This document shows, piece by piece, positions 11,614 through 22,639 of a DNA stretch of 56,383 bases. The stretch is from Squalus acanthias. Its lineage: Eukaryota. Position numbers and translations under genes: made by a program. Location of the stretch: the NCBI GenBank assembly GCA_030390025.1, contig JASTWF010000036.1, positions 4,094,001 to 4,150,383 of the forward strand. Direction: 5' to 3'. The notes beneath the pieces are model-generated. The model searched no databases. It was not told where the DNA came from and worked only from the letters and a program-made list of their open reading frames with translations. Every line of letters starts with the position of its first letter. The stretch's first letter is position 1.

Positions 11614-13194
11614 TTCTACTGCCTCCCAAAGATACACAAAGCCAACACACCCGGACGTCCTATCGTATCAGGCAACGGAACCCTGTGTGAGAACCTCTCT
11701 GGATACGTCGAGGGTATCCTGAAACCCATCGTACAGGGAACCCCCAGCTTCTGTTGCGACACTACAGACTTCTTACAGAAACTCAGCACCCACGGACCAG
11801 TTGAACCAGGAACACTCCTCGCCACGATGGACGTCTCGGCACTCTACACCAGTATCCACCACGATGACAGCATCGCTGCGACAGCCTCAGTACTCAACAC
11901 CAACAACAGCCAATCTCCAGACGCCATCCTACAACTCATCCGCTTCATCCTTGACCACAATGTCTTCACCTTCGACAACCAGTTTTTTACCCAAACACAC
12001 GGAACAGCCATGGGGACCAAATTCGCACCCCAATACGCCAACATCTTCATGCACAAGTTCGAGCAAGACTTCTTCGCTGCACAGGACCTCCAACCAACGC
12101 TATACACCAGATACATCGACGACATTTTCTTCCTATGGACCCACGGCGAAGAATCACTGAAAAGACTACACGATAACATCAACAAGTTCCATCCCACCAT
12201 CAAACTCACCATGGACTACTCCTCAGAATCGGTTTCATTCTTGGACACATGAATCTCCATCAAAGACGGACACCTCAGCACTTCACTCTACCGCAAGCCC
12301 ACGGACAACCTCACGATGCTCCACTTCTCCAGCTTCCACCCTAACCACGTTAAAGAAGCCATCCCCTATGGACAAGCCCTGCGAATACACAGGATCTGCT
12401 CAGACGAGGAGGAACGCGATGGACACCTACAGACGCTGAAAGACGCCCTTGTAAGAACGGGATATGACGCTCGACTCATCGATCGACAGTTCCGACGGGC
12501 CACAGCGAAAAATCGCATAGACCTCCTCAGAAGACAAACACAGGACACAACCAACAGAGTACCCTACGTCGTCCAGTACTTCCCTGGAGCGGAGAAACTA
12601 CGCCATGTTCTTCGCAGCCTTCAACATGTCATCGATGACGACGAACACCTTGCTAAGGCCATCCCCACGCCCCCACTACTCGCCTTCAAACAGCCGCCTA
12701 ACCTCAAACAGACCATCGTTCGCAGCAAATTACCCAGCTTTCAGGAAAACAGCGACCACGACACCACACAACCCTGCCACGGCAACCTCTGCAAGACATG
12801 CCAGATCATCAACACAGATACCATCATCACACGTGAGGACACCACCCACCAGGTACATGGTACATACTCATGTGACTCGGCCAACGTTGTCTACCTCATA
12901 CGTTGCAGGAAAGGATGCCCCGGAGCATGGTACATCGGCGAGACCATGCAGACACTGCGACAACGTATGAACGGACACCGCGCAACAATCGCCAGGCAGG
13001 AGTGTTCTCTCCCAGTCGGGGAACACTTCAGCACTCAAGGACATTCAGCCTCGGATCTGCGGGTAAGCGTTCTCCAAGGCGGCCTTCGAGACACACGACA
13101 ACGCAAAATCGTCGAGCAGAAACTGATAGCCAAGTTCCGCACCCATGAGGACGGCCTCAACCGGGATCTTGGGTTCATGTCATGCTACATGTAA
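11614..13194 (+). pseudogene. PLE reverse transcriptase plus GIY-YIG endonuclease, 5'-truncated, with one in-frame stop at 12250-12252
   Basis: FYCLPKIHK..PGRPIVS, GTAMGTKFAP, RYIDDIF, Cys linker PCHGNLCKTC and VVYLIRC...WYIGET. ORFs 11557 and 12316 are in the same frame. Confidence 0.93.
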
Positions 13195-13501
13195 CCCCAC
13201 CTGACGTAGAGTCATCCAGACTCGAGTCGTCGTTGGCTTGTTCTCTCTACACAGATGCGGCCGGACCTGCTGTGATTTCCAGCAAAAAAAGTTTTTTGTT
13301 TTCCATCCAGACCCCGGCATCTGCCACATTGTCTTTGATGTAATGTTTTCCTGATTGACCTGGTTGGACACCATCCACACCTTTGATTGCCGTGATTATC
13401 TCTCTGCCGAGGTGTGATAAAGGGCAGTTGGAAAGATTAACTGTAATCATCTGGCAGTGTTCTCTGACTATATATGCTGTGCCTATATGCATCTCTTCAC
13501 T

Positions 13502-13538
13502 TCACCTGACGAAGGAGCAACGCTCCGAAAGCTTGTGA
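13502..13538 (+). ncRNA. Minimal hammerhead ribozyme motif in the pLTR
   Basis: tcac-CTGACGA-a-ggagc-aac-gctcc-GAAA-gctt-gtga, with a palindromic AAGCTT in place of stem III. Confidence 0.75.
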
Positions 13539-14989
13539 TTTCAAATAAAGCTGTTGGACTATAACCTGGTGTTGTGTGACTTCTCACAGTATTCCAACAT
13601 ACTCCTGGCTGGCCTCCCACATTCTAGCCTATGTAAGCTTGAGATCATCCAAAACTCGGCTGCCCGTGTCCTAACTCGCACCAAGTCCCGTTCACCCAAC
13701 TCCCCTGTGCTCGCTGACCTACATTGGCTCCCGGTTAAACAGCGCCTCAATTTCAAAATTCTCATCCTTGTTTTCAAATCCCTCCATGGCCTCGCCCCTT
13801 CCTATCTCTGTAATCTCCTTCAGCCCCACAACGCCCCGAGATATCTGCTCTCCTCTAATTCTGCCCTCTTGAGCATCCCTGATTATAATCGCTCAACCTT
13901 TGGTGGCTGTGCCTTCAGCTGCCTGGGCCCTAAGCTCTGGAATTCCCTGCCCTAAACCTCTCCGCTTCTCTCCCTCTCTTTTCTCCTTTAAGACGCTCCT
14001 TAAAACCTACCTCTTTGACCAAGCTTTTGGTCACCTGCCCTAATTTCTCCTTATGTGGCTCGGTGTCAAATTTTTTGTCTTATAATACTCCTGTGCAGCG
14101 CCTTGGGACGTTTTACTACATTAAAGGCGCTATATAAATACAAGTTGTTGTTGTTATATTTAAGACAGAGATCGATAGATTTCTGGACTCCAGGGAACCA
14201 AGGGATATGGAGATCGGGCGGGAAAGTGGAGATGAGGTAGAAGATCAGCCATAATCTTATTGAATGGCGGAGCAGGCTCGAAGGGCCTGTGTGGCCTACT
14301 CCTGCTCCTAATTCTTATGTTCTTATGCCTTCCATAAAGTCAGGAGGATATGTGGTAGGACTTTCAAATTTACAGTAGCCAGTGCATATAATAAGGTTTT
14401 ATTATTCCCAGGTCGTGCTATTATTTAACTAGATATTGGGCATTAAAGGCGTACTTCGGATCATAGAGGACCTAAGGTCTGCCTACGGGAGTGATTCTCA
14501 ACTCGAGAGAATACCTAGTCCAGACCCATGAAATTTCTAACCGACATTAAGGTCCTTCTGCACCATGTATGATTTTCCACCTGTGATCGTGACTCACTCC
14601 AAATATGTCTTTCTAGCTGAGTGCTACTTATTAATACTTCACTCTCTGGCCATTCACTAAATGAGGGCAATTGACTTGGAATCCAATTTTGAAGCACAAG
14701 GTCCTAACATAGGTCCTATTGCGTCTATTGAGTTGCGTTAAAGGAAGTTTAGATGATTATTACTGTCATCATTCAGAGAGTATTGAGTGGTTTCATTTAA
14801 ACTTCCGAAAGTGATTTTAAATTGACCAGGTTACACTACAGACCCGAGGGGTGAATTGTGAGTGCTCGATAAAATTGTGGCTATGTAGTCAATCTCTGAT
14901 TAATGAATAAAAATCTTCATACAAAGCAGGTGCTTCTTTCCATGTAAGGAGTATTCATTTGTCATTCCAATCCACTGAGAATACATACT

Positions 14990-15765
14990 TCAGATGAGAT
15001 GTTAAACCGAGGCCCCGTCTGCTCTCTCAGGTGGACGTAAAGAAAGAAAGACTTGCATTTCTATAGCGCCTGTCACGACCACCGGACGTCTCAAAGCGTT
15101 TTACAGCCAATGAAGTACTTGTTGAAGTGTAGTCACTGTTGTAATGTGGGAAACACAGCAGCCAATTTGCGCACAGCAAGCTCCCACAAACAGCAATGTG
15201 ATAATGACCTAAATAGTGATGTTGGTTGAGGGATAAATATTGGCCAGGACACCGGGGAGAATTCCCCTGCTCTTCTTCGAAATAGTGCCAAGGGATCTTT
15301 TACATCCACCTGAGAGAGCAGACGGGGCCTCGGTTTAACGTCTCATCCGAAAGACGGCACCTCCGACAGTGCAGCACTCCCACAGCACGGCACTGGAGTG
15401 TCAGCCGAGCTTTATGTGTTCAAATCGCTGGAGTGGGACTTGAACCCACGACCTTCTGACTCAGAGGCGAGAGAGAGTGCTACCCACTGAGCCACGGCCG
15501 ACACTGCTGAAGATCCCACGGCACTATTTTGAAGAAGAGCAGGAGAGTTCTCCCCGGTGTCCTGGGCCAATATTTATCCCTCCATCGGCATCACTAAAAC
15601 CCGTATCACTTGCTGTTTGTGGGATCTTGCTGTGCATAAATTGGCTGCCACGTTTCCTACATTACAACAGTGACCACACTTGGAAAAAGTACTGCATTGG
15701 CTGTGAAGCGCTTTGGGACGTCTGGTGGTCGTGAAAGGCGCTATAGAAATGCAAGTCTTTCTTTA
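14990..15765. mobile_element. Full-length minus-strand SINE (~15041-15505) nested inside a plus-strand copy of the same SINE
   Basis: The plus copy breaks at caggtggacgtaaaga and resumes at agatcccacggcactatt. Confidence 0.8.
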
Positions 15766-15994
15766 CTTGGGCGGTAACCCACACTACACGCAATAAACGT
15801 GGAAGTCCTCAGGATATCGTGCTGCACTGAATCACCGACACATCACTGGGTTAAGAAGGCAATGTGAATTACTTGATTGATGACAGGTGTCAGCACCAAT
15901 TAAAAGGGAGCAGGTGCCCCCCCTCTTCTTAAAGGGGCACAACCCATAAACTGTAACTTAAACAACAATTAAAGGAAACTTAACAAATTAAATT

Positions 15995-16160
15995 AAGATT
16001 TTGTGATGAAGCACTCCAGTCCCTCCGGTGCCCGCCGGTCGCAGAAGGCGTGCTCTATCTGCAGGGACACCCAGGCGCCAACGTAGCCGCGGAAGAGAGG
16101 CAGGCAGTCGGGGCGAACCTCGGCCAGGCCCAGGAGCAGTCCCACGAGGAGGTCCTCCGA
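15995..16160 (-). mobile_element. Tx1/L1-like non-LTR element C-terminal remnant with internal deletions
   Basis: EDLLVGLLLGLA..RPDCLPLFRGYV...APEGLECFI. Confidence 0.55.
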
Positions 16161-16237
16161 ATTAACCTGTTGTTTTATATCCACCTGGAAATTTGAAGAC
16201 ACAACTTTGCGAGGAATTAAAATCGAGGTAGCTATTG

Positions 16238-16482
16238 TCAGCCGTGGCTCAGTGGGTAGCACGCTCGCCTCTGAGTCAGAAGGTTGTGGGTTTAGAGCCC
16301 TACTCCCGAGATCGGGCGCAAAAATCTAGGTTGACACTCCCGTGCAGCACTGAGGGAGTGCTGCACTGCCAGAGGTGCCGTCTTTCAGGTGGGTATAAAA
16401 GATCCCATGGCTCTATATCGAAGAAGAGCAGGGGAGTTATCCCTGGTGTCCAAGCCAATAATTTATCCCTCAACCAACATTG
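16238..16482 (+). mobile_element. SINE 5' part, internally deleted
   Basis: gccgtggctcagtgggtagcac head of the same family as 4974-5415. Confidence 0.75.
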
Positions 16483-16542
16483 AGCTTCATTGGAACAGTA
16501 TAGGAGGCCAAGGACAAGGTAAAGTACAGGTTACTCACTAAC

Positions 16543-16582
16543 CTGATTAAACTGTCTACTGATGGTGGCTTTCACTATTGCA
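16543..16582 (-). CDS. Candidate 40-nt exon ((S)AIVKATISRQFNQ)
   Basis: tatcttaacag acceptor and CAG/gttagt donor; phase-compatible with the candidate exon at 18686-18708. Confidence 0.25.
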
Positions 16583-16755
16583 CTGTTAAGATAATTAATT
16601 ATGGCAAGATTTACAAGATCACAACTGAACAACAAATACCTTGAAGTTGGTCTTAATATAGAGATCATGATGTGGAGATGCCGGTGTTGGACTGGGGTGG
16701 ACAAAAGTGAGAAGTCGCACAACACCAGGTTATAGTCCAACAGCTTTATTTGAAA

Positions 16756-16792
16756 TCACAAGCTTTCGGAGCGCTGCTCCTTCATCAGGTGA
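16756..16792 (-). ncRNA. Minimal hammerhead ribozyme motif
   Basis: tcac-CTGATGA-a-ggagc-agc-gctcc-GAAA-gctt-gtga. Confidence 0.75.
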
Positions 16793-18301
16793 AGTGAAGA
16801 GATGCATATAGGCACAGCATATATAGTCAGAGAACACTGCCAGATGATTACAGTTAATCTTTCTAACTGCCCTTTATCACACCTCGGCAGAGAGATAATC
16901 ACGGCAATCAATGGTGTGGATGGTGTCCAAATAGGTCAGTCAGGAAAACATTACATCAAAGACGATAGCAAAATACAACAAAGACAATGAGGTGGGGTCA
17001 CAAGGGGTCAAATGTGGCAGATGCTGGGGTCTGGATGGAAAACAAAAAACTTTTTTTGCTGGAAATCGCAGCATGTCCGGCCGCATCTGTGTAGAGAGAA
17101 CAAGCCAGCGACGACTCGAGTCTGGATGACTCTACGTCAGGTGGGGTTACATTTAGCGTGACATGAACCCACGATCCCGGTTGAGGCCGTCCTCATGGGT
17201 GCGGAACTTGGCTATCAGTTTCTGCTCGACGATTTTGCGTTGTCGTGTGTCTCGAAGGCCGCCTTGGAGAACGCTAACCCGAAGATCCGAGGCTGAATGT
17301 CCTTGACTGCTGAAGTGTTCCCCGACTGGGAGGGAACACTCCTGCCTGGCGATTGTTGTGCGGTGTCCGTTCATACATTGTCGCAGTGTCTGCATGGTCT
17401 CGCCGATGTACCATGCTCCGGGGCATCCTTTCCTGCAACGTATGAGGTAGACAACGTTGGCCGAGTCACATGAGTATGTACCATGTACCTGGTGGGTGGT
17501 GTCCTCACGTGTGATGATGGTATCTGTGTTGATGATCTGGCATGCCTTGCAGAGGGTTGTGTGGTGTCGTGACCTGCTGTGATTTACAGCAAAAAAAGTA
17601 AAAAGTTTTTTGTTTTCCATACAGACTCCAGCATCTGCCACATTTGACCCCTTGTGACCCCACCTCATTGTCTTTGTTGTATTTTGCTATTGTCTTTGAT
17701 GTAATGTTTTCCTGACTGACCTGGTTGGACACCATCCATACCTTTGATTGCCGTGATTGTCTCTCTGCTGAGGTGTGATAAAGGGCAGTTAGAAAGATTA
17801 ACTGTAATCATCTGGCAGTGTTCTCTGACTATATATTCAGCCTCGGATCTGCGGGTAAGCGTTCTCCAAGGCGGCCTTAGTAACACACGACAACGCAAAA
17901 TCATCGAGCAGAAACTGATAGCCAAGTTCCGCACTCATGAGGACGGCCTCAACCGGGATCTTGGGTTTATGTCACGATACATGACGTGATCCAGACTCGA
18001 GTCATCGTTGGCTTGTTCACAGATGTGATTCCCAGTAAAAAAGTAAAAATTTTAAAGTTTATCGTTTCCCATACCGACTGCGGCTTTTGACACATTGGAC
18101 CCCCTGTGACTCCACCTCATTGTCTCAGTTGTATCTTGCTATGTCTTTGATGTGGTGCCTTCCTGGCTGACCTGATTGCCTTTTGTCACACCTCGGCAGA
18201 TAAACAGTCAGGATGATTTAAATGTAGTCGTCTGCCATTGTAAGTTACACATGCATTGTTCTCTATCTATATATGCTTTGTCGAGTCTGTATTTCTTTAC
18301 T

Positions 18302-18342
18302 TCACCTGAGGAAGGGGCCACGTAAGCTCCGAAAGCTTGTGA
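18302..18342 (+). ncRNA. Minimal hammerhead ribozyme motif
   Basis: tcac-CTGAGGA-a-ggggc-cacgtaa-gctcc-GAAA-gctt-gtga. Confidence 0.7.
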
Positions 18343-18439
18343 TTTCAAATAAAGCTGTTGGACTATAACCTGATGTTGTGCGACTTCTCACTTTAATATA
18401 GAGATGTCACTGCAGGAAACAGCAACACGGTCTTTAGTT

Positions 18440-19120
18440 AGCTAACATCGCCATCTGCAGGGTTTCTAGGAAACTGCACACACCTATCACAAGACCTGAT
18501 AAGAACGAGAGAACTTGGCCTAGATTTCCCTCTTTGCCACAGTGGCGGCAATGGTAGCACGGGACTTCCGCCCCTTGTTTCCCAGGGTAATTGAAATATG
18601 TAGGGCGGGCACCAGGTCCTGTATGGTGCTGCAGAGGTGCCTCGCCACACGTGTGACCAGCTGTCAAAAAAATCCATTTTCCCACCTGATCTCGCCCGCT
18701 GACCCCATCTGTATAATTCCCCCCCGAAGAGTCTGTTCGCTTTCCGATTGGCTGGGAAGGTTGTGCGCCGTGAGGATGAACATGCTGGACGACCAATGGC
18801 GGGAGCCTGGGGGCGGAGCGGTTGGAGGGAGGCGGTCATGTGATGAAACCTTCAGGAATACGCCCAGCCAGAGTTGGCGACCCAAGTGGGGGTCCTTCCC
18901 CTCCCCCTTCCCCTCCCCGCCCCTCCCCTTGCAGTGCGCACACTAGTGGACTAGGTTGCCCTCTGCCTGCTGGTTCCGAGAAAATGCCCCCCCAACCACG
19001 CCAGCAGAAGGTTGCGCTCTCCGCAAATCGGGCGAGGATCCCGCAGGAGAGGGGTGTCCCCCGGTCAATTTCCCAGCCCCCACTCGCACATTCAGGGGGA
19101 CCGGAGTCCCGCCCGCTGGA
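18440..19120. promoter_or_regulatory. CpG-island-like promoter
   Basis: Non-repetitive and GC/CpG-rich. CCAAT boxes at 18747-18751 (-) and 18793-18797 (+), GC box at 18809-18819, E-box gtcatgtga at 18835-18843, ETS plus GC acttccgcccc at 18564-18574, X-box-like sites at 18462-18474 and 18577-18591, CTCF-like site at 18449-18461. Confidence 0.65.
18686..18708 (-). CDS. Candidate first coding exon (MGSAGEI-)
   Basis: cagATGG start and CAG/gtggga donor just downstream of the CCAAT and GC boxes. Confidence 0.25.
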
Positions 19121-19167
19121 AGATTCACTCGGTAGTGTTCAGGAGACGAGAACTTCTGATTTTTATT

Positions 19168-19280
19168 TCATTTTTGAAAATCTTCACCGTTGAACAATAT
19201 CCGAAGCTGCTGGCCCAACGAGTTTGGCACATCCTGTTTCTTGTCGTCAATTTCAGTGACAAACTCCAGCTGACTTGAAA
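19168..19280 (-). CDS. Candidate terminal coding exon (xSSQLEFVTEIDDKKQDVPNSLGQQLRILFNGEDFQK*)
   Basis: Pyrimidine tract with a tgtcag acceptor, 36 open codons, and TGA followed immediately by AATAAA (19162-19167). Confidence 0.45.
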
Positions 19281-19369
19281 CTGACAAGCATTGTAAGAAA
19301 TAAAAGTAGAATGGGATTGGAACATTATTTCATAATGAAACTCTACATTTTTATATATTTTTTTATTCT

Positions 19370-19852
19370 GGGCGTCGCTGGTAATGCCAGCATTTATTGC
19401 CCATCCCTAGTTGCCCTTGAGAAGGTGGTGGTGAGCCGCCTTCTTGAACCGCTGCAGTCCGTGTGGTGAAGGTACTCCCACAGTGCTGTTAGGGAGAGAG
19501 TTCCAGGATTTTGACCCAGCGACGATGAAGGATCGGCGATATACTTCTTAGTCAGGATGGTGTGTGACTTAGAGGGGAACTTGGAGGTGGTGGTGTTCCC
19601 ATGCACCTGCTGCCCTTGTCCTTCTAGGTGGAAGAGGTCGCGGGTTTGGGAGGTGCTGTCGAAGAAGCCTTGGCGAGTTGCTGCAGTGCATCTTGTAGAT
19701 GGTACACACTGCAGCCACGGTGTGCCGGTGGTGGAGGGAGTGAATGTTTAAGGTGGTGGATGGGGTGCCAATCAAGCGGGCTGCTTTGTCCTGGATGGTG
19801 TCGCGCTTCTTGAGTGTTGTTGCAGCTGCACTCATCCAGGCAAGTGGAGAGT
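19370..19852 (-). mobile_element. Non-LTR retrotransposon 3' fragment (CR1-group, same family as 31255-31860)
   Basis: WMSAAATTLKK.DTIQDKAARLIGTPSTTLNIHSLHHR. Confidence 0.85.
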
Positions 19853-21454
19853 ATATGTACCCAGATGATCAGCATTCTATTGATGAGCATTCATTGGTTA
19901 CTGCAAGTGTTGGACTTTGGTGTCGGTTTAAGGTAGAAAAAGGTAAAAAAAATATTTAAACTGGCTGAGCGCCAGTTGTTGTGAGGAAGTCTTGTTTATA
20001 AGAAGTCTTGACCCCAGGATTGTTGCTGCTAGTAATCCTTTAGGCTTGTCTTACAAGACCTTTAATTTCTCTCCAATTCATCTGTCTCTGCTTTACTTCC
20101 TTCCTCTATTGGTCGAGGCTCTCTGCCCTCAGGTTGGTCAGTATCTCTGCGGGGTGAGGGAGGTGGGGGCGGGCGTGAGATGTCTGGTCCCCATGAAGAT
20201 GCCCCCCTGACCTCGGCCGACTTTCTGGTCTCGGGGTAATCATCATACTCGGCGGGTTCCCATCAACAAGTGGGTAGAGCTTCGTTGGGATGTCGGTAGC
20301 CATGGGAACCATTTTGTTTGAAAAAAATTGTTCCTCCCCCCCCCCTTCCCCCTTGGACCTGTGTAAGACAGTGCTCCCTGAGAGCCTGCACAGGCCCTGA
20401 CTTCTGACAGATTTCTAGCACCACCCCCAGCCCACCACCTACTGTTAAACACGGAACCCTGGGCCAAACAGACAGCCTCCAGCGATTGAACACTGCCAAT
20501 AGGCAGGGAACCTGGCGGAAGCTATATTTCCCTCATTTGAATCGCGTGGTCGTAATGCCCACTGGATGGGCGTATTGTGCCCCAGGGGTACTGAGCCACA
20601 TAAAATGCCAGGGAGGACTGTGTCCTTGATTTGCTTCAGCCTGCGCCCACTCCAGGTCTACTGTTAAATCGGAGGAACAGGAGGCGGAACGTCTAGGTCA
20701 TTGACTCTTGCTGGGATACAGCTCCATTGGCATCAGTGGCCCTCGGTTACCTCACCCAAGTGGCCAGGCTTCATGTGTGGACAGCGAGTATTGGCAGATT
20801 ATCAGAACAGCTTAATACCTCAATTGTTGTTACGGGGTTTAATAAGATGCTCCTGGCCAGGTGGGCTGCGTGGCACAGTGGGACCATGGTTTAGATCCAG
20901 CCCCGATCGATGGGAGTGAATGCCTCCTCTCTCCGCCATCTGCGAGGGTCCTGTGTGAAGTGACCACGAGGAGTCTCGCCCAGTTCCTGGTGGGCATAGT
21001 GGGCCCGTGGCACCCAATTGGCACTAAATTGGCAATCTCGCGCACAGCTGCCACAGGATGGCTGATGTCAGAAATGGAAAGGTCACAGTGGCTCAGGAGG
21101 ACGCTCTCTGACAGCCTTCTATCTCCATTGAAGATGTCACCCAAGGGGGAGATTCCCAATGTCAACAGTACAGGGGCAAGGTACACAATAGGGGGTCACA
21201 ATGTGAGACTCTAGCGCCCCAACACCCCCAGCCCCACATGAAAGGGTCGGACTATAACACTGCTGGGCCGAGTCTCTGACCCCCACCCCTGCCCAGTGAT
21301 ACTCCATCACAGGAGCGGAATCTTACACAATGTGTCTCCTCTAATCAGCAATTAAAAAGCATAACGAGAAACGATGCAAATAACAGCGACAAATGGACAG
21401 AACTCTCGCTTTCTTACACTAAGGATTATCTGGCAATACCTACCACTTTTGCAT

Positions 21455-21695
21455 TACATAGAATTACGGAGTATTTACAGCACACAAACAGGCCATTCGG
21501 CCCAACTGTTCCATGCTGATGTCTATGCTCCACACAAGCCTCGTTCCACTCTCTTCATCTTACCCTATCAGCATATTCCTATTCTCTGTTCCTTTTTCTC
21601 TCGTGTGCTTATCTGGCTTTCCCTTAAATGCGTCATTCGCCTCAACCACTCCCTGGGGCAGCGAGTTCCACGTTCTCACCACACTCTGAGTAAAA
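21455..21695 (-). mobile_element. CR1 3' end fragment
   Basis: FTQSVVRTWNSLPQGVVEA...AFKGKPDK. Confidence 0.75.
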
Positions 21696-21834
21696 ATGTT
21701 TTGAAGAGTTTCCAGTCTAGAAAGGGAGGGCAAGGAAGACATTTCACATGTTTTCTTGGGTTTTTCAGTTGTGATTTGTCACCCTTGTTTCGGAGATCAA
21801 ATAAAGTGGGGAAAACCCTTGGGCTATTTATTAT

Positions 21835-22600
21835 TCACCCCTGTGCTCGCTGACCTGCATTGGCTCCCGGTCCAGCAACGCTTCAATTTCAAAATTCTCA
21901 TCCTTGTTTTCAAATCCCTCCATGACCTCCCCCGCCCTGCCCCCATCTCTGTAATCTCCTCCAGCCCCACAACCCTCCGAGATCTCTGCGCTCCTCCAAT
22001 TCTGGTCTCTTGAGCATCTCCGATTGTCTTCGCCCCTCCATTGGTGGCCGTGCCTTCAGCTGCCTGGGCCCTAAGCTCTGGAATTCACTCCCTAAACCTC
22101 TCCACCTCTCTCTCCTCCTTTAAGACGCTCCTTAAAACCTACCTCTTTAACCAAGATTTTGGTCACCTGTCCTAATATCTCCTCATGTGGCTCGGTGTCA
22201 AAATTTGTTTGATAATCGTTCCTGTACATAGGAACATAGGAACAGGAGGAGGCCATTGAGCCCCTCGAGCCTGTTCCGCCATTCAATCAGATCATGGCTG
22301 ATCTGTGACCGAACTCCATCTCCCCGCCTTTGCCCCGTATCCCTTAATACCTTTGGTTAACGAAAATCTGTCAATCTCAGATTTGAAATTAACAATTGAT
22401 CTAGCATCAATTGCCGTTCGCAGAAGGGAGTTCCAAACTTCGACCACCCTTTGTGTGTAGAAGTATTTCCTAATTTCACTCCTGAAAGGTCTGGCTCTAA
22501 TTTTTAGACTATGTCCCCTAGTCCTAGACTCCCCAACCAGGGGAGGACCTTGGACGTTTTGATGTTAAAGGCGCTATATAAATGCAAGTTGTTGTTGTTA
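21835..22600 (+). mobile_element. L2 3' fragment interrupted by a minus-strand CR1 tail (22226-22545)
   Basis: TPVLADLHWLPVQQRFNFKIL; the L2 tail resumes at ccttggacgtttt (~22547). Confidence 0.8.
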
Positions 22601-22639
22601 TTGTCTACAGGAAGGAGTTCGGTGGGTAGCCTTCTGAAC

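Larger units (their letters stand above)
11520..13589 (+). mobile_element. 5'-truncated Penelope-like retroelement (Neptune-type) with an inverted pLTR piece and a 12-bp TSD
   Basis: TSD tattccaacata at 11508-11519 and 13590-13601; 11556-11615 is the reverse complement of 13529-13588. Confidence 0.93.
11425..14155 (+). mobile_element. L2 LINE fragment (11425-11519 and 13590-14155) split by a PLE
   Basis: AETLIHAFVTSRLDYSN joins ILLAGLP...QNSAARVL once the insert is removed. Confidence 0.9.
11035..14328 (+). mobile_element. CR1 3' fragment (11035-11410 and 14156-14328) hosting a nested L2 and PLE
   Basis: The CR1 frame ...AVNAESLNVF resumes as IFKTEIDRFL after the L2 (ttg)n tail at ~14155. 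Confidence 0.8.
16666..18392. mobile_element. Rearranged Penelope-like insertion (inverted pLTR and GIY-YIG, then direct pLTR and GIY-YIG pieces) with a 13-bp TSD
   Basis: TSD ttaatatagagat at 16653-16665 and 18393-18405; GIY-YIG on the minus strand at 17153-17570 and on the plus strand at 17835-17985. Confidence 0.88.

Noticed and set aside
20839..21214. 115-117 aa ORFs in GC-rich sequence
   Set aside because: No recognisable motif or splice signals; probably a decayed transposon fragment that I cannot classify.
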